IMG/VR virus record: IMGVR_UViG_3300042549_004104
Coordinates: 327,353 to 359,563 of that record
Strand: one strand, 5' to 3'
Length of the DNA: 32,211 nt
From: a virus
Taxonomy: Duplodnaviria; Heunggongvirae; Uroviricota; Caudoviricetes
A model generated the notes under the pieces. The model saw only the letters and a list, made by a program, of their open reading frames with translations, ran no database searches and was not told the DNA's origin. Numbering within the stretch: position 1 is the stretch's first letter; every line of letters begins with the position of its first letter. Made by a program: the position numbers and the translations under genes. This document shows positions 18,273 through 25,525 of the stretch, piece by piece.

Positions 18273-18301
18273 AATTGGCCCTTTCAAGTGAATAAGATGC
18301 T

Positions 18302-18330
18302 ATTGTATACCCAATCTGATTTATTGTCAA
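18302..18330 (-). promoter_or_regulatory. Sigma70-type promoter
   Basis: TTGACA-17-TACAAT. Confidence 0.82.
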
Positions 18331-18770
18331 TTACTTGTTGTAAGAATGTCTAATGCCTGTTGTAGTACTTTTGTTTGCTTATCGTAAGCATCCATTTCCC
18401 AAGGAAGGTTCATATATTCTTCATAAGGCATATCATCAGGGAGTTTTGTTGTAATCAATATGCCATGCCAATAGCAGTTGCCATTGTGTTTGATTTTAAG
18501 TGTGCCTTTGTGTTTTTGATGTACATGCACTAACTCATGTGCAAGAATCTTTGGTAACTCATCTAAAGGTACATCTAAGTTTATACCTATTCTATTGATA
18601 CGTAACATATCAATCCCACCATAAACATTCTTACCCAAGTCATATAAACAAACTTCAAGTAAAGGAGGTAATTCAATTACTTGGCTTATGGCTTCTGCAA
18701 ATGAATCAATGATAGATTCATGTTTATAACTACGTTTGTTGTTTTGATAAAAATATCTTATGTTAAGCAT
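18327..18770 (-). CDS. Zincin-like metallopeptidase
   Basis: LAHELVHVHQ (HExxH) and PWEMDAY third-ligand motif. Confidence 0.75.
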   Translation of the reverse strand: MLNIRYFYQNNKRSYKHESIIDSFAEAISQVIELPPLLEVCLYDLGKNVYGGIDMLRINRIGINLDVPLDELPKILAHELVHVHQKHKGTLKIKHNGNCYWHGILITTKLPDDMPYEEYMNLPWEMDAYDKQTKVLQQALDILTTSN

Positions 18771-19593
18771 TGATTATTTTTAAACTTTTTTCAACATACC
18801 GTTGTCGTTCTTTTTTGGTTTTGGCACCTAGCACAGTTATATTATATACTTGTTCATTAGCAACAACTAACATTGTGATACAAAAACCGGCTGCATTAGT
18901 GAATCCAGTTTTTATTGTAAATATACCCTCATGACCAAAATACGTGCTTGTCGGATGTGTATGAATTCTTGTAGTTACTGTAGAACTTTGACTAGCCTTC
19001 TTAGGTTGTTTAACGTGACGTTTCTTTTTATTTTTCTTTTTAATGACGTTTCTATTTTTAGTAGCAGTAACATAACTTGCCGGGGTCATTGCTGATGTTT
19101 TAACAATATCATATTGACTTACTGTTTTAGTTAATGTTACAATATCTCGGATGCTACTAAAATTTAACGAACTTAATCCAGTAGGATCTACAAATTTCGT
19201 ATCATACATTTTTAAAATTTTGGCATTCTCATTCATTTTGTGAATAAACATATCTTTACCACCGGGATAGTTTTCTGCTAAGGTAATAGATGCCAAGTTA
19301 TCACTACTGATAAGTGATAGTTCAATTAGTTCAAGTCTGGACAATGTCATGCCTTTAACCAACCTAGTGTTTGTGGTCCTAGGACTAACTACACGTAGAT
19401 TCTCAGTCAAATCTTGGTCTGCATTCAAGACTGTGTAAACAGTCATTAATTTACTAATGCTAGCAATGCTTACTTGTTCGTGGTCAAGTGAACCTCTAAT
19501 CACTGTATCATTTGTTACATTGTAAACTACTGTGTTAGCCTCTGCAAATGCAAACAGTGGTAAGAAAAGTAATGTTAATAAAATTTTGCTCAT
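18763..19593 (-). CDS. Peptidase S11 D-Ala-D-Ala carboxy/endopeptidase (PbpG/PBP7-like)
   Basis: Signal peptide; ASISKLMT (SxxK), SDN (SxN), KTG triad. Confidence 0.88.
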   Translation of the reverse strand: MSKILLTLLFLPLFAFAEANTVVYNVTNDTVIRGSLDHEQVSIASISKLMTVYTVLNADQDLTENLRVVSPRTTNTRLVKGMTLSRLELIELSLISSDNLASITLAENYPGGKDMFIHKMNENAKILKMYDTKFVDPTGLSSLNFSSIRDIVTLTKTVSQYDIVKTSAMTPASYVTATKNRNVIKKKNKKKRHVKQPKKASQSSTVTTRIHTHPTSTYFGHEGIFTIKTGFTNAAGFCITMLVVANEQVYNITVLGAKTKKERQRYVEKSLKIINA

Positions 19594-19677
19594 AACATAT
19601 TTAGTATATCACAAAACCGTCACAATACTAGATACAATGGACGCTACCTTACAAATAAATAAGACCTGTATAGCCGT

Positions 19678-19701
19678 AAAAAAAGGGGCCTAAGCCCCTT
19701 T
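19678..19701 (-). terminator. Intrinsic terminator
   Basis: Minus strand AAAGGGGC-TTAG-GCCCCTTT-TTTT right after the phosphoesterase stop. Confidence 0.85.
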
Positions 19702-19709
19702 AAGTTCTA

Positions 19710-20312
19710 TTACATTGCAGGTCCGTTGCCTTGCTTAAATCCTACTTCCCCGCCCTCGTCTTTGATGCGTTTCATTACATCTTCAAACAAGATAGGACGA
19801 AAGTCTGTTTGTTCTACGCATACGCAATGATATCTTGGATCAATTTCATCACTGTACAACATAGTACCGGTCTTAACGTCATACCCTCGAGGCTTCTTAA
19901 CACGATTACTGTGCAAATGACCATGAATGTTGACTCCAAAACGTCCCAAACTTTCTTCATGTACAGGGATATGACTCAATATCATACCGTTCATAACATG
20001 ATAAGCTCGCAATTCACGAAAGTGTTCACGATATTCCTCGTCACGGAAAATGTCATGATTGCCACGAATCAATACCTTATCCCCATTCAAACGATGTAAG
20101 GTCTTCAATGCTTTACGATTGATAACTACATCACCTAAGTGATATACTTTATCAGAAGGCTTGACAGTTTCGTTCCATGCTTTAACCATAGCCTCATCCA
20201 TTTCATCTGGATCAGTCCAGGGGCGCAATTTTGTTACGCCATCGTCACGGGTGAACTTACAGACACCCATGTGTCCGAAATGTGTGTCACTTACTAAAAA
20301 TACTGATGGCAT
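19710..20312 (-). CDS. Calcineurin-like metallophosphoesterase
   Basis: SDTHFGH, HLGDV, RGNHD, SHIP and HGHLH motifs. Confidence 0.9.
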   Translation of the reverse strand: MPSVFLVSDTHFGHMGVCKFTRDDGVTKLRPWTDPDEMDEAMVKAWNETVKPSDKVYHLGDVVINRKALKTLHRLNGDKVLIRGNHDIFRDEEYREHFRELRAYHVMNGMILSHIPVHEESLGRFGVNIHGHLHSNRVKKPRGYDVKTGTMLYSDEIDPRYHCVCVEQTDFRPILFEDVMKRIKDEGGEVGFKQGNGPAM

Positions 20313-20336
20313 AATAACTCCTTAATCAATACATGT

Positions 20337-20365
20337 ATTATATACCCAAAACAATTTATTGTCAA
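20337..20365 (-). promoter_or_regulatory. Sigma70-type promoter
   Basis: TTGACA-17-TATAAT. Confidence 0.88.
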
Positions 20366-20562
20366 CTTTGGGTTGTAGTACTTTCTATTACTTTTAATTT
20401 ATCTATTGGAACGATTCTGAAACATCCTTCAGTTTTGTCACCTTCTATTGCAGTTACAACTCTGGATTCACCTTCCCACAGTGATGGGATAGCAGGACCT
20501 GCATCAAACCAAATAGTATCTGGTTTCATGTCGTAATGCTGTCTTGTCAATACAAATTTCAT
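20362..20562 (-). CDS. Hypothetical protein (start MKFVL)
   Basis: ATGA overlap with the upstream gene. Confidence 0.6.
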   Translation of the reverse strand: MKFVLTRQHYDMKPDTIWFDAGPAIPSLWEGESRVVTAIEGDKTEGCFRIVPIDKLKVIESTTTQS

Positions 20563-20774
20563 ACTCGTTCTTTCTTTACTCGTCCGATGCGACTTGCCTT
20601 GTTCCAATCGTAAGCAACACCATCTGGGCACTTACCATCAGCAACACTATCAACACCAAACTTACCACAAATCTCAAACTCAGTACCCTTGATTGTGACA
20701 AAAACATTCAATGCCTTAGCATGTGACATTGCCAAATCAAGTGTTGCAAATTCTTTTTCTTCTATCTTATACAT
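20559..20774 (-). CDS. Hypothetical protein
   Basis: 71 aa, AAGGA SD. Confidence 0.7.
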   Translation of the reverse strand: MYKIEEKEFATLDLAMSHAKALNVFVTIKGTEFEICGKFGVDSVADGKCPDGVAYDWNKASRIGRVKKERV

Positions 20775-20783
20775 TATTTTCCT

Positions 20784-21095
20784 TTACGCTACAAACCAAC
20801 CATCATCTTCATCTTTGTATTCTATTGATTCGTTACCATCGTAATCATCAATTCTAAACAGTCTACCTTCTTTGATCCATAAAACTTCTAAGTCACGCAT
20901 CCCACCCAAATATATGCTAGGATATTTTAGTGTCATAAAAGTTTCTAATTCATCAAACCGATTTTCTATCACCATGTTAACGATAGCTGGATCAAATAAG
21001 ATTTCAGGATACTCAGTATTCCAAGTATACCATCCAGCACCAAAACCAGGGCTATACAACACTGCTACCTTACCATCAACTACTAATTTTTCCAT
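20784..21095 (-). CDS. Conserved-looking phage hypothetical protein
   Basis: VAVLYSPGFGAGW...YDGNESI pattern. Confidence 0.75.
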   Translation of the reverse strand: MEKLVVDGKVAVLYSPGFGAGWYTWNTEYPEILFDPAIVNMVIENRFDELETFMTLKYPSIYLGGMRDLEVLWIKEGRLFRIDDYDGNESIEYKDEDDGWFVA

Positions 21096-21562
21096 TATAA
21101 ATCATTCTTAAAGTTACGCCAATCATCAATGTTTGGCTTTTCATTCTCATCATATGTCCAACCCAATGCCTTCATCATACGATGCTTGACTAGCAGGTTA
21201 GGGCTACGAAATCTTCCAGTATCTTGAAAGCCCATCATCACGCCTAATTCACATACTGCACCACTGCGACATATACCTGCAAAACAATGAACCACAACAT
21301 TCATTCTGTTTTCTAGTGCATGTTGTAATAGTCTTACCAACTCATTGGCTTGCTCCTGACTACAACGCATAGATTCATCTAAACACTTGTCATTTTTTTC
21401 AATGTCTAAGAATTCAAAGTTATGAATTTCCTTAAACTTGTGTGCAGGTGTTGGTCTCCAACTTGCTGGATCAGCAATACTTATCAACATACTGTTCTCA
21501 CCAGCATCATGATGGAACTTGATTGGCATGTCACTAGCGGCTACATTTTCTATCCAAGGCAT
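21095..21562 (-). CDS. Cys-based (CX5R) protein-tyrosine/dual-specificity-type phosphatase
   Basis: VVHCFAGICRSGA P-loop. Confidence 0.82.
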   Translation of the reverse strand: MPWIENVAASDMPIKFHHDAGENSMLISIADPASWRPTPAHKFKEIHNFEFLDIEKNDKCLDESMRCSQEQANELVRLLQHALENRMNVVVHCFAGICRSGAVCELGVMMGFQDTGRFRSPNLLVKHRMMKALGWTYDENEKPNIDDWRNFKNDL

Positions 21563-21580
21563 TTTTTAACTCCTGATAGT

Positions 21581-21609
21581 ATTATAAACGATTTGGGATT
21601 TATTGTCAA
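21581..21609 (-). promoter_or_regulatory. Sigma70-type promoter
   Basis: TTGACA-17-TATAAT. Confidence 0.88.
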
Positions 21610-21618
21610 GCGCAAAAG

Positions 21619-21707
21619 AACACCCTAGTTGCGCTAAAAAGTATTAATATATAAAGAACTTGGAGTTAGTAAACTCCATGATATGCGATATGTTTATCTA
21701 GGGTGTT
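21619..21707 (-). ncRNA. Candidate structured RNA A (10-bp closing stem)
   Basis: aacaccctag / ctagggtgtt perfect inverted repeat; inner hairpin tggagtt-agta-aactcca; non-coding. Confidence 0.45.
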
Positions 21708-21788
21708 TATATAAGCACACAATATCTCTTTCGCTTAGTAGAGCCTGTCTTATCGGGCAGGGTACTGATATGGTATACTTATATAAAC
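21705..21788 (-). ncRNA. Candidate structured RNA B (16-bp closing stem)
   Basis: Minus strand GTTTATATAAGTATAC pairs with GTGTGCTTATATAAAC using two G-U pairs; inner stems. Confidence 0.5.
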
Positions 21789-21807
21789 AGATGCCCTCAG
21801 GCATCTG
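21788..21807 (-). terminator. 8-bp hairpin after the TROVE-like gene (terminator or processing signal)
   Basis: cagatgcc-ctca-ggcatctg, followed on the minus strand by TTTAT. Confidence 0.55.
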
Positions 21808-21824
21808 CTTTGCTACTATTTAGC

Positions 21825-23252
21825 TTACGCTAAATCGTAACGATCCTTCATAACGGTCTTCAACATGATTGCTTCTGGTGAGAAGTCATCCAAGTTACCA
21901 GACAGAATGCTTTGAGCAATTGCTGGGCTAAATCCTGAGACTAGCGCAACTCCACTCTTGTCAAACTTAACTGGACTGTTACCGTATGCGGCGTTCAAGT
22001 TCCAGAACACAACCTTTGGGATTGTGTAACCAGCACCTTCGTACTTACGTGCAATCATTTCAATTGCGGAGTCATCGTGAGATACTCCAGCATCAAATTG
22101 CATGTCACTGAAGATAACGATAGTACCTGGCATTTCTGCTTGAGGAACATTGTTATCAACTGCTGTCTTAAGCACCAAATCAAATGCCTTGTTCAAGTCA
22201 GTGTTAGCGACTTCACCAGTGTTCATTTGGTCAATCTTTTGATTGATGTTACCCTGTAGAGTAACCAGCTTTGGAGTACGACTGAAAGTTAGGAACGTGT
22301 CCTTAAACTTACCAGTGTTCTTATCTGCAAAGTACAATCCCAATGAGATTGCAACATTCAAACAACTCAAAGTACTCTTGCTACCATAACCACCTGCACT
22401 ACAAGTCATAGAACCTGAACTATCAACCATTGGCAATACGTTAGCGTCACCGATGAAGTTTGGCAGTGCATCCCATTGGGATTGCATTGCGTCCAATTCA
22501 GTCTTAGTCATTGCACCACGACCGTACTTGTTGATAGCACCCTTCAACACATCGTATGGGAACACTGCGCCTGCGTTAATCTTAGCACCATCTTCGCCCT
22601 TAACTAACTTAGTTACGTATTCAGCATAGGTTGTACCATGACGACCAAATGCCTTCTTGTAACGTGCATGTGCCACTGAAGGAACATGGTTGTAGTTGAT
22701 GTTATCCCAATCGTTACTACACATTTGTGTTTCAACAACATTGGTTAGTGCAACTAGGCTCTTACGATATTGCTTTGGAGTCATTCCAAAGAATTCACGG
22801 ATTTCACGTGCAACATCACCCTTACGAGGAGTCCACTTTGCAGCCAATCCATTACGTGCCCGCAATGCATCGCCTAACATAGTGTATGCTTGTTCCTTAA
22901 GAGTCTTAGTCTTAAAAACTAACAAATCATCGTAACGACCTAATTCTGGAATCTTAACCAATAGACGGCTAGCGTCTTCTGGGTTAGTTAATTCCAAGTG
23001 AATTAGAACTTGACGGAACAATTCACGTTCGCCGGATCCACCACGTGCATCACGTGCCCATTGGACAATACGTAATGCTAGGTCAGAGTTTTCAACATAA
23101 GCCGCAGTGAATGCGGGTATGATGTTCTTGCCACGGCTTGCACCGATGTTATAGAACAAGTCAACGCAAGCATTTGCGGTTGACTTACGTGCCTTCATAC
23201 CGTTAGTGGTACGGGCTTCTTGGTTTGCTACTGCTTCTACAAATGTTGACAT
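21825..23252 (-). CDS. TROVE/Ro60-like RNA-binding protein with C-terminal vWA domain (DUF2828-type)
   Basis: RDARGGSGERELFR, GRYDDLL and AAKWTPR in the helical domain; vWA MIDAS VDSSGSM...ANTD...IFSDMQFD; VFWNL. Confidence 0.8.
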   Translation of the reverse strand: MSTFVEAVANQEARTTNGMKARKSTANACVDLFYNIGASRGKNIIPAFTAAYVENSDLALRIVQWARDARGGSGERELFRQVLIHLELTNPEDASRLLVKIPELGRYDDLLVFKTKTLKEQAYTMLGDALRARNGLAAKWTPRKGDVAREIREFFGMTPKQYRKSLVALTNVVETQMCSNDWDNINYNHVPSVAHARYKKAFGRHGTTYAEYVTKLVKGEDGAKINAGAVFPYDVLKGAINKYGRGAMTKTELDAMQSQWDALPNFIGDANVLPMVDSSGSMTCSAGGYGSKSTLSCLNVAISLGLYFADKNTGKFKDTFLTFSRTPKLVTLQGNINQKIDQMNTGEVANTDLNKAFDLVLKTAVDNNVPQAEMPGTIVIFSDMQFDAGVSHDDSAIEMIARKYEGAGYTIPKVVFWNLNAAYGNSPVKFDKSGVALVSGFSPAIAQSILSGNLDDFSPEAIMLKTVMKDRYDLA

Positions 23253-23283
23253 AGTGTACTCCTTCCTTGTGTGTGTTATGCAA

Positions 23284-23339
23284 CAGGATGCGCTTTGGTT
23301 TCATTTATCGTTGAAATTAAAGTTGCTGAAAGCATCCTA
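23284..23339 (-). ncRNA. CAGCAA closing-stem element 1 (56 nt)
   Basis: TAGGATGC-TTT-CAGCAAC...GCATCCTG; begins at the predicted TSS and ends 31 nt before the TROVE-like ATG. Confidence 0.65.
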
Positions 23340-23346
23340 AAAAAGA

Positions 23347-23375
23347 ATTATATCACTGTTTTGATATAATGTAAA
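23347..23375 (-). promoter_or_regulatory. Sigma70-type promoter for element 1 and the TROVE-like gene
   Basis: TTTACA-17-TATAAT. Confidence 0.75.
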
Positions 23376-23390
23376 TTGATTTTGGGTTAA

Positions 23391-23630
23391 CGGGATGTTC
23401 GTGCTAATTTGTTTATTTTCTGGTCTGGCCAATCATAGCACCCAGACCCTATCAACAATTCATGTTGACTATCTAGTACTTGTGTCTGTCACTAGAAACA
23501 TAGAATGTCTTTCCATTCTGTCAACTATTCCATCATCGCTTAGTTTTCTAAGAACCCAAGAGTGTTGCCACTGTCTTCCGACCAACTTCTGTAGGATTAA
23601 GCTGTAGTTTAAATTGCTGAAATCATCCCA
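23391..23630 (-). ncRNA. CAGCAA closing-stem element 2 (240 nt, multi-hairpin)
   Basis: TGGGATG-ATTT-CAGCAAT...CATCCCG; five consecutive inner hairpins. Confidence 0.65.
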
Positions 23631-23641
23631 TGAAATGATTA

Positions 23642-23808
23642 CAGGATCGTTGTTGACTGCTTTTATTTTACACAGGCCATCACTCTGTGCTTGTTAGTCT
23701 TGCTTCAATAATACCCTTCAACGCTCGGTGTTTTTAAGCACTCTGCTCCAGTTACTACCACAGTGTCTAACAGTCCATAGTTGTTTATGAATTGCTGTAC
23801 CGATCCTA
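23642..23808 (-). ncRNA. CAGCAA closing-stem element 3 (167 nt)
   Basis: TAGGATCG-GTA-CAGCAAT...CGATCCTG; compensatory GC to CG swap relative to element 1. Confidence 0.65.
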
Positions 23809-23831
23809 AAATTTAATCATTCAATACGTGT

Positions 23832-23860
23832 ATTGTATATGATTTTGTGTTTACCGTCAA
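23832..23860 (-). promoter_or_regulatory. Sigma70-type promoter upstream of elements 3 and 2
   Basis: TTGACG-17-TACAAT. Confidence 0.72.
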
Positions 23861-23880
23861 TATATTTTGGGCAAACTGAT

Positions 23881-23956
23881 TGGTGGAGGATACAGGGATC
23901 GAACCTGCGACCTATTGCTTGCAAAGCAACCGCTCTCCCAACTGAGCTAATCCCCC
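23881..23956 (-). tRNA. tRNA-Ala(TGC)
   Basis: Full cloverleaf, anticodon TGC, encoded CCA. Confidence 0.95.
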
Positions 23957-23963
23957 AAATGTA

Positions 23964-24194
23964 TTAATAAAACTTTTTACTCTTAGGCTTCTCATCTTTA
24001 ATACGTTTAAGATATTCACGACCTACCAAACCTTCTTCAATTTCTTTAAGTGCAGTTAACGTAACACCGTGATTAGTTTCTAGTTTAGGACGATGCCCAC
24101 TTTTTAACTCACGTACTCGTTGGCTTGCAATTAAAATCAAGTCATATCTATTTCCTACAGCATTCGCTGCCTTTTCACTACTGATGCGTGGCAT
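23964..24194 (-). CDS. rpoZ: RNA polymerase omega subunit
   Basis: VGNRYDLILIASQRVREL...ALKEIEEG signature. Confidence 0.85.
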   Translation of the reverse strand: MPRISSEKAANAVGNRYDLILIASQRVRELKSGHRPKLETNHGVTLTALKEIEEGLVGREYLKRIKDEKPKSKKFY

Positions 24195-24204
24195 TATTTA
24201 CCTT

Positions 24205-24918
24205 TTAAAAAATTGTATTGTGTGAATTTGTAACTGTGTTATCAACATTATAATAATACAATGCTAGACTTTTACGTGTTACATCATCTGGCGTGTTCAA
24301 TGGATGGGGATGACCATGCCAGGGTTTACCAGTAGTATTAAAAATAACACATCTATTAAATATAGGTGCAATTTTTTGTACACATTGTGTTTTATCGTTA
24401 TTCCATAATTCTAAATGACCACCCCAGTCATCATTCCAATCTTTGTTGAGATAAATTAATAAGTTTAATTTTCTTGCTAACTTAGTACGAGATTCAATAT
24501 TAAAATCCACATGTATACCCAATTTTCCACCTCGTTGTATTTGATGTAGTCCCCCTCCAATTAATCTAGTATCTGCTACTAATCCGGGAACACTAGTCAA
24601 TACTTCTAACCAATCTAAAATATATCCAGAATTTAATTCTTGTAATACATTTCTTGCAATTTGCGGAATTTGCACTTCATTCTTAGAACCAAGTTTAATC
24701 TCATTGTTGTTATTAAACGTCCACCATTCCATACCACCCGGCTTAGGAAAATCTTCTAATATAGAATCAAGTATTTCAGGGGGCAAAAAATTGTCAATTA
24801 CAATATGCGGGAAAGGATCGTTATCATTATATTCTTGTTTAGCATTATTCATCCATTCCTTAGAAAAATACTTGTCTATAAAATATTCTCTAAAGTCAAC
24901 TAAATTATATTCTTCCAT
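24205..24918 (-). CDS. 2OG-Fe(II) oxygenase (prolyl-hydroxylase-like)
   Basis: PFPHIVIDNFL, GGGLHQ, HVDFN (HxD), WHGH, RKSLALYYY. Confidence 0.85.
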   Translation of the reverse strand: MEEYNLVDFREYFIDKYFSKEWMNNAKQEYNDNDPFPHIVIDNFLPPEILDSILEDFPKPGGMEWWTFNNNNEIKLGSKNEVQIPQIARNVLQELNSGYILDWLEVLTSVPGLVADTRLIGGGLHQIQRGGKLGIHVDFNIESRTKLARKLNLLIYLNKDWNDDWGGHLELWNNDKTQCVQKIAPIFNRCVIFNTTGKPWHGHPHPLNTPDDVTRKSLALYYYNVDNTVTNSHNTIF

Positions 24919-25506
24919 TTAACTTGTTCTTTCTAAGATAGTTAAACCATTATTATGAGTAAAACGTTCTTTCAAAGACCAATTTTTATTTTCTTGTAAA
25001 AATTCTTCTACTGCGGGCCATAAGCCTCGCATACGCATTACTTCCATGTTACCGTTAGCTGGATTAATCATTAATGTAGAACCACTCTCACCTAACTCAC
25101 CAAACGTAGTTGTATCATGTAGTATGATATATTTTCTAGCTTTATTGCTGTGTAGTTTGAATTCTACTTTTAATTGGTCGTATACATGCCAGGTATCAAT
25201 AAACAATAAATCAGTTTCTTCAATGTTTAAGTCTGGTTTAGAAGTATCTGCTTGAATAAATTCAAAATCAATACCTGCTTGTTCTGCTAATTCACTTGCA
25301 AGTTGTATTGGACAAGGTTGAATGTCAATACTAACTAAACGTTTTGGTTTAGATTCCAAGAACGCCCATGTACTTACTACAGTTCTTACACCCATTTCTG
25401 TAATATGCTCACATTCGCTTGCATATTTTTTAATTGTTTCTAGGTGTTCGTTGATGTCACTTGGGCTTTTTACTCTTACTTGAAATTGTTCTGATATTGT
25501 TGTCAT
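24919..25506 (-). CDS. Class I SAM-dependent methyltransferase-like protein
   Basis: EMGVR..VST, SIDI, DLLFIDTWH, IILHDT and NNGLTIL motifs. Confidence 0.75.
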   Translation of the reverse strand: MTTISEQFQVRVKSPSDINEHLETIKKYASECEHITEMGVRTVVSTWAFLESKPKRLVSIDIQPCPIQLASELAEQAGIDFEFIQADTSKPDLNIEETDLLFIDTWHVYDQLKVEFKLHSNKARKYIILHDTTTFGELGESGSTLMINPANGNMEVMRMRGLWPAVEEFLQENKNWSLKERFTHNNGLTILERTS

Positions 25507-25525
25507 AATTTAATTTTAAAAAATT

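Noticed and set aside
21705-21788. Hammerhead or twister ribozyme in element B
   Set aside because: Core CUGANGA...GAAA and twister consensus nucleotides are not present in the required arrangement on either strand.
8302-22935. Short plus-strand ORFs opposite the early-gene block and TROVE-like gene
   Set aside because: Antisense shadows; no plus-strand promoters or SDs found, while all promoters point to the minus strand.
23284-23808. CRISPR-array interpretation of the CAGCAA elements
   Set aside because: Repeats are not identical direct repeats, spacing is irregular (56-240 nt), conservation is structural, and no cas genes are present.
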